56,721 bases of DNA from Anaerolineales bacterium (lineage in GTDB: Bacteria > Chloroflexota > Anaerolineae > Anaerolineales > UBA6668): assembly GCA_020630175.1 (NCBI GenBank), contig JAHDBW010000005.1, forward strand, positions 2,279-58,999, read 5' to 3'. This document shows positions 1-9,512 of this stretch, piece by piece (the stretch's first letter is position 1; every line of letters begins with the position of its first letter). The translations under genes and the position numbers were made by a program. The notes below the pieces were generated by a model. That model saw only the letters and a list, made by a program, of their open reading frames with translations. It had not been told where the DNA came from and did no database searches.

Positions 1-516
1 CACCACTGAGCAAAAGTCGGTGCCGTAATCGGTTGTGGCTAAGATGTGTGCTGAATTGGCTGGTCGACAGACATAACTGTGATTGAAATACGCGTAGCGG
101 TCAGCCGGTAAGTTGTAAAGCAACGGATTGTCCCGCACTGGATTGAGCTGATTCCAGCCGGTGTGCGGTACTTTTAGCGCGTCCACTTCAAACCGCGTGA
201 CGTTGCCCGGTAATATACCGAGGCCGGTATGTTGGCCGAGTTCTAAGCCTTCTTCAAAAAACATTTGCATACCAACGCAAATGCCAAGCAGCGGTTTTTC
301 AGCAGCCACTTCTTTGACCGTTTCGATGAGGTCAAATTCACGCACGCCGCGCATACAGTCGCCAAACGCACCAACGCCCGGCAGCACGATCTTATCTGCA
401 TTCAAAATCGTTTCCCGATCTTTAGACAAGATAATGTTGCCGCCAACGGCTTGGATGGCTTTCTCTACGGAGCGTAAATTGCCAACGCCGTGGTCAATCA
501 TCACAATGGTTTGCAT
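1..516 (-). CDS. hisH: Imidazole glycerol phosphate synthase glutaminase subunit (3' end runs off the window)
   Basis: Not in the ORF track. Manual translation from ATG at 516 gives MQTIVMIDHGVGNLRSVEKA...LPGVGAFGD...LLGICVGMQMF, the GATase motif. Directly follows the hisB stop. Confidence 0.93.
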   Translation of the reverse strand, partial: MQTIVMIDHGVGNLRSVEKAIQAVGGNIILSKDRETILNADKIVLPGVGAFGDCMRGVREFDLIETVKEVAAEKPLLGICVGMQMFFEEGLELGQHTGLGILPGNVTRFEVDALKVPHTGWNQLNPVRDNPLLYNLPADRYAYFNHSYVCRPANSAHILATTDYGTDFCSVV

Positions 517-1104
517 CTAGAGCGCTCCTTTTGTTGATGGGATTGTGTTTGCGCGGCGCGGGTCTAATTGGGTTGCTTTGTCTAACGCGCGGGCTAAGGC
601 TTTGAAAAGCGCTTCGGTTTTATGATGATCGTCACGGCCATAAGGCACGGCGGCATGCAGCGTTGCGCGGCAGGTGACGGCAAACGATTCAAAGAAGTGC
701 TCAACTAAGCTGGTTGGAAATTGCCCCATCATTGGCGCACGGAATTCAGCATCAAATACTGAGTAAGGCCGACCAGAAAGATCAATCACCACGCGGGCTA
801 AGGCTTCATCCATTGGCACAAAAGAATCGGCGGTGCGGATAATGCCAGCTTTATCGCCTAAGGCTTCGTTGAACGCTTGGCCAAGCACTAATGCAGTGTC
901 TTCAATGGTGTGGTGCGAGTCGATGTGCAGATCCCCAACAACGGCTACGTCTAAGTCAAATAAGCCGTGAACGGCGAGGGCGGTGAGCATGTGATCTAAG
1001 AAGCCAACGCCGGTGCTAATGGTGTGCTTGCCGGTGCCATCGAGGTTGACACTGATATTGATATCGGTTTCTTTGGTTTTGCGAGTAATGGTTGCAGTGC
1101 GCAT
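517..1104 (-). CDS. hisB: Imidazoleglycerol-phosphate dehydratase
   Basis: RKTKETDI, GFLDHML, DSHHTIED, DDHHKTEALFKA, IPSTKG motifs. Confidence 0.97.
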   Translation of the reverse strand: MRTATITRKTKETDINISVNLDGTGKHTISTGVGFLDHMLTALAVHGLFDLDVAVVGDLHIDSHHTIEDTALVLGQAFNEALGDKAGIIRTADSFVPMDEALARVVIDLSGRPYSVFDAEFRAPMMGQFPTSLVEHFFESFAVTCRATLHAAVPYGRDDHHKTEALFKALARALDKATQLDPRRANTIPSTKGAL

Positions 1105-1107
1105 GGA

Positions 1108-2202
1108 TTATTCCAATTCTTTGAGAACTTGAATGAGCTTGTCGGTGTGTTCCGGTTTGCCCACTGAAATGCGGATCATATTGTTGACGCCAGTCTTGTT
1201 GAAGTGGCGCACTAACACGCCGTTAGCGGCTAGCGTTTGCTTCAGGTCGGCGGCTTGCTTATCACCGGTGACGTCACAAAGCACAAAGGCCGATTGCGAC
1301 GGGAGCGGCGTTAGGTAAGCAATGTCGGCTAGTTTTTCGGTCAGGCGGCTGCGTTCGGCAATGAGCAATTGCAGGTTGTGCTGCAAGTAGGCCATATCCT
1401 GCAATGTGGCGATGGCCGCAGCTTCAGCCGCAACATTGATGTTGTAGGGCTGCTTGATGATTAGCAAATACTGCATCAGTGCTAATGGAAACGCGCCATA
1501 GCCAACGCGTAAACCGGCTAAGCCAGCCCACTTGCTAAATGTGCCAATCACCATCAGGTTCTCATAGTCAGGCACCCAGTGCATGCGGCTGGCGCCCGGA
1601 TCAGCATAATCAATATACGCTTCATCGAGCACGATCAACATCGGCAGCGCTAATAAACGCTTGAGGTCAGCGTCTGAAATTAGCCCACCGTCTGGATTGT
1701 TGGGCGAGGTCACAAACATGATCTTTGGCTGGTGCTCGGCAACGGTGGCTTCAATGGCGTCTAAGTCAAGCGCGAAATTTGGCAAGCGCGGCACAGAAAT
1801 CACGTTGCCAGCATTGATGGCGGTATCAAAGGCGTACATGCCAAAGGTTGGTGGGCAATTGAGAATGGCATCGTTGGGATCTAAGACTAAGCGCAAGATC
1901 AAATCGATCAGCTCATCCGCGCCCGCGCCACATAGGATGTGCTCAGCAGAGACCTGTAAGAAGTCGGCTAATAGGGCGCGTAGCTTGCGGCTTTCTGGGT
2001 CTGGATAAATGTGCGGAAACGGCAAATCCTGAATGGCGGCTATCGCTTTCGGGCTTGGGCCATATGGATTTTCATTCGCATCAAGTTTGATGATGTCTTC
2101 AATGGGTAAGCCTAACTGCTCAGAAAGTACATCAAAGGGCACAATCGGCGAGTAGGGCGCTAACGTACGAATATGTTGGCGGACAAAGTTAGTGGCAGAC
2201 AT
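1108..2202 (-). CDS. hisC: Histidinol-phosphate aminotransferase
   Basis: LDANENPYGPS, SPNNPDG, DEAY, TFSKWAGLAGLRVGY; his operon context. Confidence 0.95.
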   Translation of the reverse strand: MSATNFVRQHIRTLAPYSPIVPFDVLSEQLGLPIEDIIKLDANENPYGPSPKAIAAIQDLPFPHIYPDPESRKLRALLADFLQVSAEHILCGAGADELIDLILRLVLDPNDAILNCPPTFGMYAFDTAINAGNVISVPRLPNFALDLDAIEATVAEHQPKIMFVTSPNNPDGGLISDADLKRLLALPMLIVLDEAYIDYADPGASRMHWVPDYENLMVIGTFSKWAGLAGLRVGYGAFPLALMQYLLIIKQPYNINVAAEAAAIATLQDMAYLQHNLQLLIAERSRLTEKLADIAYLTPLPSQSAFVLCDVTGDKQAADLKQTLAANGVLVRHFNKTGVNNMIRISVGKPEHTDKLIQVLKELE

Positions 2203-2204
2203 AA

Positions 2205-3218
2205 TCAGCGTTGGGTTGGGTTGGCAAGCTCGGTTTGCAAAGTGAGGAAGGTTTCTGGCTCTTCTTCAAAGATGTAGGTGATGGGCAATACCACCACGCC
2301 AGTTGCGCCAATCGCACGCAATTCTTTGACTGCTACCGCAATGTCTGGCTTTGGCACAATGATATTGATGGCGTAAGTGTCAGCCGAGTTTTGGCGGTCA
2401 ATAACGCGCGCAATGGTCGGGCCACTGAGACCGCCGTAATTGGTTTTCTCAAACAAGAGTTTCCCAATTGCTTCCGGCGAGTCGCCGCGCATATTGCCAA
2501 TGAGGTGGTAATAGCCTTTGGCACGTAGGTTGGCTTCAGTCAATTCTAGCAAGGTGTTTGCTACTGCAAGTACGGCTGGGTTAGACAGATTATTGCGGTT
2601 CCCGATCAGTGACGCCTGTGCTTTCAGCATGCAGCCGCCCGCAATGGTCTTCATGCGGTTGTCTTTTAGCGTTTGCCCAGATGAGACCAAATCGACAATA
2701 AAATCCGCATAGCCAAGTTCGGGCGCAATTTCTAGCGTGCCTTCTGGCGAAATGATTTGGCAATCGCTTAGATCATTTTCTGCTAAATAACGGCGCGTGA
2801 GGGTCGGAAACTTACTGGCTAAACGCGGTGCGCCAGCGATTCCGTTGAGTTTCGTGCGTAGCTCTTCTACAGAGTCGACGTCTGTCCATGCTTCAGGGAC
2901 GCCTAGCTCTAGGCGGCAGCGGCCAAAGCCGAGGGCGTCATGCATGACCACAACGCGCTGCTTTTCACCGCGATATTCTTCAACAATATCTAGACCAGTA
3001 ATGCCAAAGTCTAGGCTGCCACTACGCACGCCAACGACAATGTCGCCCGCGCGCTGAAACACAACTTCCAAGTTAGGAATGGCTGGCACGTTGGCAATGT
3101 ACTGGCGTGAATTCGGTTTATAAACTTTTAGGCCGCACTGTTCTAAAAAGTCGAGTGCTGCGTCTCTCAATCGGCCTTTGCTGGGAATGCCCAGACGAAT
3201 GGTTTCACGATTTGTCAT
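2205..3218 (-). CDS. hisG: ATP phosphoribosyltransferase, long form
   Basis: IPSKGRL, DFGITGLD, GTLEIAPELGYADFIVDLVSSGQTL and a C-terminal regulatory domain. Start moved to ATG 3218 (MTNRETI, AGGA upstream) because the longer ORF overlaps the attenuator. Confidence 0.95.
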   Translation of the reverse strand: MTNRETIRLGIPSKGRLRDAALDFLEQCGLKVYKPNSRQYIANVPAIPNLEVVFQRAGDIVVGVRSGSLDFGITGLDIVEEYRGEKQRVVVMHDALGFGRCRLELGVPEAWTDVDSVEELRTKLNGIAGAPRLASKFPTLTRRYLAENDLSDCQIISPEGTLEIAPELGYADFIVDLVSSGQTLKDNRMKTIAGGCMLKAQASLIGNRNNLSNPAVLAVANTLLELTEANLRAKGYYHLIGNMRGDSPEAIGKLLFEKTNYGGLSGPTIARVIDRQNSADTYAINIIVPKPDIAVAVKELRAIGATGVVVLPITYIFEEEPETFLTLQTELANPTQR

Positions 3219-3276
3219 GTTGATCCTGTTTAAGTTGAGTTGTCTCACCGAAAGCGGTGTACGTTGCTTAAGAAAC

Positions 3277-3308
3277 AAAAAACCCACCCTCGGATGAGAG
3301 TGGGTTTT
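3277..3308 (-). terminator. his attenuator terminator hairpin
   Basis: Minus strand AAAACCCACTCTC-ATCC-GAGGGTGGGTTTT followed by TTGTTT. Confidence 0.85.
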
Positions 3309-3357
3309 AGATTACAAATATCTATGCTGAACTATCCCGCTGCATCCTATGCTATCG

Positions 3358-3399
3358 TCATTTAATATGATGGTGGGTATGATGCAGGGTGGTGTTCAT
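3358..3399 (-). CDS. hisL: his operon leader peptide MNTTLHHTHHHIK
   Basis: 13 codons with 5 His, upstream of antiterminator and terminator before hisG. Confidence 0.88.
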   Translation of the reverse strand: MNTTLHHTHHHIK

Positions 3400-3487
3400 T
3401 GACAAAATCATAACATGAATTGTTTGGTCTTTCATAGCGTCAAACGCCAAATGAAATCCGATGTTGTTTGTGCTAAACTCCGAACTT

Positions 3488-3871
3488 ATGAATACGCTAA
3501 TCCCTATTTATACCGGTTTATACAACACAGCATTATTGTTTTCTGCCTTTATGGCGATCTGGAGTTTTTGGCTTTGGTTCCGGCGTGAAGACCTTAATGC
3601 AAACTTTTGGGGTGCGTTGGTTATCAACGCGCTGTTGCTAATTGTGCAGCTTATCTTAGGCGGCGTTTTGTATTTCAGCGGGATTGCTGCTGAACGCTGG
3701 GTGCATTACCTGTACGACATTATGATGGCAATTACCATTCCCGCAGTATTTGGCTATACAAAAGGACGCACCTCTTATCAAGAAGGCTTGGTCTATGCGG
3801 TGGCGCTATTCTTTGTGTGGGGCTTGGTGTTACGCGCTGTTATTACAGGTGGTGGGTTGCTTGGAGTGTAG
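3488..3871 (+). CDS. Hypothetical membrane protein, about 4 TM
   Basis: Hydrophobic ORF with a WVHYLY motif. ATG 3488 lies just after TGcTAAACT. Confidence 0.7.
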   Translation: MNTLIPIYTGLYNTALLFSAFMAIWSFWLWFRREDLNANFWGALVINALLLIVQLILGGVLYFSGIAAERWVHYLYDIMMAITIPAVFGYTKGRTSYQEGLVYAVALFFVWGLVLRAVITGGGLLGV

Positions 3872-3875
3872 CTAA

Positions 3876-4448
3876 ATGCCCCGAAAATGGATCTTAGTGC
3901 TGTTATTGGCCGGGATTGGTGTCACGCTGTTGGCACTCCGGTTTCCACAAGATCCACAGTTGGGCGTGCAGTCTGCGCCGACGTTACCTAATCCACTGGT
4001 TGTGTTGCGTGATAGCGCTCCGATTCAGTTAGATGTTGTGCGCTACGCCCATCCGTCTGGTTATTTTGCCGCTTCATTGCCAAGCCAATGGCAAACAGAA
4101 ACCGCGCCGCAAGGGGCGACATTCTTTGCTGAAGATCGCAGCATTGAAATGCAAATTACAGTTATTGAGAGTGCCACTACGGTAGAGTCTGTTGTTCAAG
4201 ACTACACGCAGCACGCGTTGCAAAAGCAACGTGAAGTGCAACAATGGTCGCAGGGTGCAGGTAGTACAGTGGTTGCGTACAGTGTGCAGGTAGATAGTAA
4301 ACTAGTACAAACGCTGCTGTTTATCGACGTGTTTACTGAGTTTGCATATGTGCAAACAATAAAAGTTGATAGACTTGAGTACGAGAAGCAGTATGCTTTG
4401 ATTGGTCATTTGGTCAACAACGTGGAATATATAAGGGTATTAGATTGA
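3876..4448 (+). CDS. Hypothetical exported or membrane-anchored protein (possibly PsbP-like)
   Basis: N-terminal hydrophobic segment; YAHPSGYFAASLPSQW pattern. Confidence 0.55.
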   Translation: MPRKWILVLLLAGIGVTLLALRFPQDPQLGVQSAPTLPNPLVVLRDSAPIQLDVVRYAHPSGYFAASLPSQWQTETAPQGATFFAEDRSIEMQITVIESATTVESVVQDYTQHALQKQREVQQWSQGAGSTVVAYSVQVDSKLVQTLLFIDVFTEFAYVQTIKVDRLEYEKQYALIGHLVNNVEYIRVLD

Positions 4449-5428
4449 AAGTAGTAATACGAGTTTGGAGTGTTATTGGGCTTACCGTATCGTTAGTTGC
4501 GATTATTGCAAGCGCCGTATTTGCGCAAGATGAGGGTAGCCAAGCTTACACGGTACAGCCTGGAGATTCATTGGCACGCATTGCTGCAAACCATAACACC
4601 TCAATTGATGCTCTAATTTTATTAAACGCGTTAGATAACCCCAATCAATTGTCTGTTGGGCAAGTGATACGGGTTCCTAGCACAACAGGTGTCCAGCCAG
4701 AAGCAATTGACGAGAGTGACTTAGGTGACGTGGTCAACCTAAATTCGCAGCTTATTCATACTGTAGAGCAAGGGGATAGCCTTGCTAAGATTGCCAAAGA
4801 TGCCGGAATTACCATCTCAGACTTGATCCAGATCAATCAGCTTTCTAGCGATGTTTTGCAACTTGGGCAACAATTGATTGTTGGTTATGAAGAGGCATTG
4901 GTAGCACCTACGACGGTGCCACCAGTCGTGCCAGTATATGCTAACCCGCCACTTGCTAGTGAAATTACAATATTTTTCCAAATGCCAAAGGCAGCTGAAG
5001 GTTGGATTTCTGGGCCACCAGAATTTATTGCTGAAACGAGTGAAGCGTTGGGGTGGTTAGCTGCATATGACCCCTCGATTTATACATTGGCTCAGACCTA
5101 CATTACTGAAATAGTGCCTAGCACGCACCCAACGCGTGCAACAGCGACTCATCAAATCTCCAATGGCACCTGTAAGGTTGGCATGATTCAGGGGGATAGG
5201 ATTGTGGTTGCGTCGATGATTTACCACGAAGCTTTGCACTGTGCGCACTTTATCCGGGGTGTATCTCTGACTGAAGAGCAGGAAGAGGCTTACGCGTTTG
5301 CACACCAGTTGGAATTTGCGAAACGTCACAACATGTCACAAGCGTTCATCGACTCGGTCGAGCAACAATGGTATTTATTTGTAAATGGATTCAATCCCTA
5401 TAAAAACCCGAGTAACGGTTCAGATTAG
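4445..5428 (+). CDS. Secreted protein with 2 LysM domains and a C-terminal HEXXH domain
   Basis: Signal peptide; YTVQPGDSLARIA and HTVEQGDSLAKIA; YHEALH...EEAYA. Confidence 0.85.
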   Translation: MKVVIRVWSVIGLTVSLVAIIASAVFAQDEGSQAYTVQPGDSLARIAANHNTSIDALILLNALDNPNQLSVGQVIRVPSTTGVQPEAIDESDLGDVVNLNSQLIHTVEQGDSLAKIAKDAGITISDLIQINQLSSDVLQLGQQLIVGYEEALVAPTTVPPVVPVYANPPLASEITIFFQMPKAAEGWISGPPEFIAETSEALGWLAAYDPSIYTLAQTYITEIVPSTHPTRATATHQISNGTCKVGMIQGDRIVVASMIYHEALHCAHFIRGVSLTEEQEEAYAFAHQLEFAKRHNMSQAFIDSVEQQWYLFVNGFNPYKNPSNGSD

Positions 5429-5451
5429 TAAGCACAGCGCTTGAATTAAAC

Positions 5452-5480
5452 AAAAAAGGACGCATTCGCGTCCTTTTTTT
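5452..5480. terminator. Bidirectional intrinsic terminator
   Basis: AAAAAAGGACGC-ATTC-GCGTCCTTTTTTT between convergent genes. Confidence 0.85.
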
Positions 5481-5498
5481 ATTTAACTTAGGTGTTGC

Positions 5499-7082
5499 TT
5501 ACTCGATGGGCGGCTCTTGCTTCAAGATTGCATGTACTGGCAGCGAGAACGAGAAGGTGCTGCCCTTGCCAACTTCAGACTTGACGGCCACTTCACCTTC
5601 GTGCGCTTCGATAATTGATTTCACAATTGCTAAGCCCAACCCATGGCCTTCGGCGTTTTTACCACCGGCCTTGAGCTTCGTAAACTTCTGGAAGAGCTTG
5701 TTTTGTTGCTCGATTGGAATGCCAGGGCCGGTGTCAATTACATGAACCCAGACCTTGTCGCCTTCGCTTTCGGCCTCAATTGAAACATGCCCGCCAGCCG
5801 GCGTAAACTTGATCGCGTTGCCCACAAGGTTGTTGAGCGCCAATTCAAGCCGCATATCAGCCCCAAAGACCAACGGCAGTTCGCCGTGAACCTTAGAGCT
5901 AAGATTGACCTCTTTCTGGCTAGCGATTGGGTGATTTTGTTCCATCACCTCGCGAATAACCGGTGGGATTTCGGTAACTTCGAATTCAGCACTAATGCCC
6001 ATTTCGATGCGACCAATATCCAGAATGTTTTCAATCAAGCTGCGCATGCGCTCTACTGAGCTAATAATTTGCGCAACGTATTCTTTTTCCTCTGGATTGA
6101 GGTTCGGAACTTCGTTTAGCAGCCAGCCGTAGCCGTAAATTACGCCTAGTGGTGCCTTCAGGTCGTGCGCAACGTGTGACACAAACTCATTCTTCATCTC
6201 ATCCAAATGTCTAAAGGTTGAGATGTCATGCATGCTCAGAACTTTACCGACATTTGGTAGCTGAACAAGTGCGCAATCAAACACGCGGCCATCATTCAAT
6301 TCGATTTCACGGGTAATCTGTTCTTCTTCGCCAAAGGCTTGAAAGAAGTTCAAAATAGCCGGTTCTGTAACGGAATAGTTAATCGGATTGCCAACCGCAT
6401 CGGTTGGAATCGACAAGCTGCTTTGGGCGGGTTTATTGGCCAAGAGCAGGCGGTTATGTAAATCGGTAACAAGAACGGCATCATGGCCGCCACCAACAAT
6501 TGCGCGCAAAATAGAGCGTTCTGCATTTGCTTGCTGGCGCACGGTGGCATTCTCAAGTTTTAGCGCGACTTGCACACCAATCATCTCAGACAACGCTTGT
6601 TGCGTTGTGTCAAAATGATTTGGCGTTGCGCTAATAAAGGCAAAACAGGCCGGTACGCTTGCTTCTGTCACAATCGGAACGATCAGAGCAGAGCGCATCA
6701 GCGGCACATCACTACCTAACTGTTGCCAGTTTGGGTCGAGCGCGGTTTGGTCCACAAGAGCACTTGTCTTTGCCGTCTGGGCCCAATTCTTGAACGCGCC
6801 AACAAGTTGTTGGACAGCCGTATCAGAAGGGCCGAGCATGCCTGTTTCTGCAATGCCAGCGGCTTGGAATGTTGTCCGAACGCTGCCACGGGGTGAGAAC
6901 AACATTAAGAATCCAGTGTCGGCACTGAATAGGCGTGTGGTTTCATCCGTTACAGCTTGCAACGTGCTTTGTAGCGATTGCTTGCCGGTAATAAGTTTCG
7001 TTAGGCGTTGAAGAGCTTCCATCTTCAAGCCTGAACGCTTAGATAAAGGTTGGTTTTCATCGATGTCTGTAATTGTTAGCAT
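5499..7082 (-). CDS. GAF-PAS sensor histidine kinase
   Basis: H-box VAHDLKAPL, N-box NLVGNAIKF, DTGPGI, GHGLGLAI; likely start ATG 7082. Confidence 0.9.
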   Translation of the reverse strand: MLTITDIDENQPLSKRSGLKMEALQRLTKLITGKQSLQSTLQAVTDETTRLFSADTGFLMLFSPRGSVRTTFQAAGIAETGMLGPSDTAVQQLVGAFKNWAQTAKTSALVDQTALDPNWQQLGSDVPLMRSALIVPIVTEASVPACFAFISATPNHFDTTQQALSEMIGVQVALKLENATVRQQANAERSILRAIVGGGHDAVLVTDLHNRLLLANKPAQSSLSIPTDAVGNPINYSVTEPAILNFFQAFGEEEQITREIELNDGRVFDCALVQLPNVGKVLSMHDISTFRHLDEMKNEFVSHVAHDLKAPLGVIYGYGWLLNEVPNLNPEEKEYVAQIISSVERMRSLIENILDIGRIEMGISAEFEVTEIPPVIREVMEQNHPIASQKEVNLSSKVHGELPLVFGADMRLELALNNLVGNAIKFTPAGGHVSIEAESEGDKVWVHVIDTGPGIPIEQQNKLFQKFTKLKAGGKNAEGHGLGLAIVKSIIEAHEGEVAVKSEVGKGSTFSFSLPVHAILKQEPPIE

Positions 7083-7252
7083 TGCTCTCTCATTATAAAT
7101 AGCGAGCACTGACAAATAATTGAGATTAGAGAATGGTTTATTTAGAAATAATTGAGGTTTTTCGCCCCTATTTATATTTACCTGTTTTTGTGGTTGCAAT
7201 GCAAGTGCTATAATGCAAATAAGAGCTTAGAGATAAGTTTCTTAAAGGAATT

Positions 7253-8098
7253 ATGCAGCGAATACGCGATAACATATTCATCGAATCTAATTTCTTTGGT
7301 GTAACAGTTGGTGCAATAGTTACGCCAAAAGGAATTATATGTGTTGACACGCCTACTTCACCGGGGGATACCCGAAAGTGGCGCTTGCAACTGGCGCAGC
7401 TTGAAGCTGGGCCAATTTTGTACGTCATCAATACAGATCATAACCGCGACCGGATTATGGGCAACCAATGGTGCGAGGCACCGGTTGTTGCGCACAGCAA
7501 TACGTATGAGCGTATTGCGGCCTATCCAGACGTGTACAAGGCGCACTCCAGCCAGTCTGGTGGTGAGCATGAGCTTGTCAATGACCTGAGCGGCGTCCGC
7601 ACGGTCAAGCCGACACTTTGTCTGTCTGGCGAGATGGCACTGATCAAAGATCGGGTAACCTGTAATCTCATCCACATGGGTGGGGCGGCAGATGGCGCGA
7701 TTTGGGTAGATGTACCGTCAGATAAGGTCTTGTTTGTAGGCGATACTCTGTTTGCTGGGCTGCACCCGTTCTTAGCCGACGCAGATATTGACGTTTGGCT
7801 AAACAATCTAAGTGAATTAACACAACCGCGCTTCAATGGTTACACAATTGTGGCAGGGCGCAAATCTAAGCGATTTGAATATTTGATTGATGAAATTGAA
7901 TATTGTGTGTCGTACTTGACGTTTTTACGTGAACAGCTAAGTACAATCGCAGATGGCCCGATGCCGGGGTATGCGGTAAGCGATGTTGTTCGTAAATTAC
8001 TACAGCGCTATCCAGTTGAAAACAATTGGATGCCCTTGATGTCTCGTAGGCTGACATCTGGGCTTGAACAAATGCTCGTGCAAAGAGCAAATCTGTAG
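7253..8098 (+). CDS. Metallo-beta-lactamase-fold protein with degenerate metal ligands
   Basis: CVDTP, YVINTDHNRDRIMGN, VLFVGDTLF, IVAGR. Confidence 0.75.
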   Translation: MQRIRDNIFIESNFFGVTVGAIVTPKGIICVDTPTSPGDTRKWRLQLAQLEAGPILYVINTDHNRDRIMGNQWCEAPVVAHSNTYERIAAYPDVYKAHSSQSGGEHELVNDLSGVRTVKPTLCLSGEMALIKDRVTCNLIHMGGAADGAIWVDVPSDKVLFVGDTLFAGLHPFLADADIDVWLNNLSELTQPRFNGYTIVAGRKSKRFEYLIDEIEYCVSYLTFLREQLSTIADGPMPGYAVSDVVRKLLQRYPVENNWMPLMSRRLTSGLEQMLVQRANL

Positions 8099-8108
8099 TA
8101 AATTCAAA

Positions 8109-8137
8109 TTGACCTTTAGTATTCTGTATGATAATAT
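8109..8137 (+). promoter_or_regulatory. Sigma70-type promoter of the infC operon
   Basis: TTGACC-17 nt-TAATAT with extended TG. Confidence 0.65.
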
Positions 8138-8206
8138 TTTGGGTCGCTGTTATTAGACAATATTTGCCGCTGTTTTGGCGGTTTTTAGCCTATAAGGATC
8201 TGCAAA

Positions 8207-8767
8207 ATTAGAAGAAGACGAAGCAATACACAACGACGGCCACAAGCGCCAAAATTCAGGATCAATGAACGCATTCGCGTCCCTGAAGTGCGGTTGATTG
8301 GTCATGATGGCACTAACTATGATGTTGTGTCTACTGATCGTGCGCGTGAAATTGCGCGTGAGGCCGGCTTGGATTTAGTCGAAGTATCGCCAACAGCGCG
8401 ACCACCAGTTTGTAGAGTTCTGGATTATGGCAAGTTCCTATATGAACGCCAAAAGAAAGAAAAAGAAGCTCGCAAACAGCAAAAGCAGATCGAAATCAAA
8501 GAAGTTCGTCTTCGGCCAAAGACAACGGAACATCATCGCAGCTTCAAGGTGCGGGATGCACGCCGTTGGCTAGAAGATGGCAAGAAGGTGAAGGTTCGCG
8601 TTCGTTTCCGTGGACGTGAAATTCAATATCCTGAGATTGCCCGTCAAGACATGATGGAAATCAAGGAAGAATTGTCAGATATCGCCCATGTGGAAGTTCC
8701 ACCCAGTATGGAAGGGCGCACAATGCTAATGGTGCTTGCACCTGGCGTAGAAGATAAAAAATCATAA
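8207..8767 (+). CDS. infC: Translation initiation factor IF-3 (ATT start)
   Basis: Conserved RINERIRVPEVRLI lies upstream of the track start. In-frame ATT at 8207 follows AAGGA. Also DLVEVSP, DYGKF, KEVRLRP. Confidence 0.95.
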   Translation: MRRRRSNTQRRPQAPKFRINERIRVPEVRLIGHDGTNYDVVSTDRAREIAREAGLDLVEVSPTARPPVCRVLDYGKFLYERQKKEKEARKQQKQIEIKEVRLRPKTTEHHRSFKVRDARRWLEDGKKVKVRVRFRGREIQYPEIARQDMMEIKEELSDIAHVEVPPSMEGRTMLMVLAPGVEDKKS

Positions 8768-8809
8768 ACGAGCCCCTTTATGGGGCTCTATTACTGGCGG
8801 GAGAATCAG

Positions 8810-9064
8810 ATGCCGCGTAAAAAAACAAAAACAAAAAAGTATAAGTTGAAGACGCATAAAGCTACAGCCAAGCGCTTTAAAGTAACTGGCTCAGGCAAAT
8901 TGATGCGTACAAAAATTGGTAAAGGCCACTTGCGCCGTAATACCTCTAAACGCACTAAGGCTGTATTGGCAGAAATGTCAGAAGTGCAAGGTAAGAGCAT
9001 TGCAAAACGTGTTCGCCGCCTAGCACCTTACTTGCGTAAATACAAAGCTAACCCACCTGGTTAG
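8810..9064 (+). CDS. rpmI: 50S ribosomal protein L35
   Basis: KLKTHKATAKRFKVTGSGK; GGGAGA SD before ATG 8810. Confidence 0.95.
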   Translation: MPRKKTKTKKYKLKTHKATAKRFKVTGSGKLMRTKIGKGHLRRNTSKRTKAVLAEMSEVQGKSIAKRVRRLAPYLRKYKANPPG

Positions 9065-9080
9065 GTCGGAGTAATAAAAA

Positions 9081-9431
9081 ATGACTCGTGTAAAAACCGG
9101 CTTTGTACGCCGCCGCCGCCATAAAAAAATCATTAGTATGATGTCAGGGCAACATAGCACTCGCCATCGCTTGTGGAAACGCGCAAACGAAGCAATGCTA
9201 AAAAGCCTTTGGTATGCATACCGTGACCGCCGCCAACGCCGCCGCGATTTGCGACGCCTTTGGAATACGCGCATCAACGCTGCTGCGCGCCAAAACGGCA
9301 CAACCTATAGCCGCCTGATTCACAGCTTGAAGAACGCTAACATCGACCTGAACCGCAAGGTTTTGGCTGACTTGGCAGTTCACAACCCAGAAGCATTTGC
9401 TGCGGTTGTTCAAGTTGCTGACAACGCATAG
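9081..9431 (+). CDS. rplT: 50S ribosomal protein L20
   Basis: MTRVK...YAYRDRR...LWNTRINAAAR...LNRKVLADLA. Confidence 0.97.
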   Translation: MTRVKTGFVRRRRHKKIISMMSGQHSTRHRLWKRANEAMLKSLWYAYRDRRQRRRDLRRLWNTRINAAARQNGTTYSRLIHSLKNANIDLNRKVLADLAVHNPEAFAAVVQVADNA

Positions 9432-9453
9432 CGCTGTACTTGTTTGAATTGAG

Positions 9454-9482
9454 AAGAGCTGTCTTTATAGGCAGCTCTTTTT
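9454..9482 (+). terminator. Intrinsic terminator after rplT
   Basis: AAGAGCTGTCT-TTAT-AGGCAGCTCTT followed by a T tract. Confidence 0.8.
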
Positions 9483-9512
9483 GTTTCCCTAATTAATTGT
9501 CGATACGCTGCT

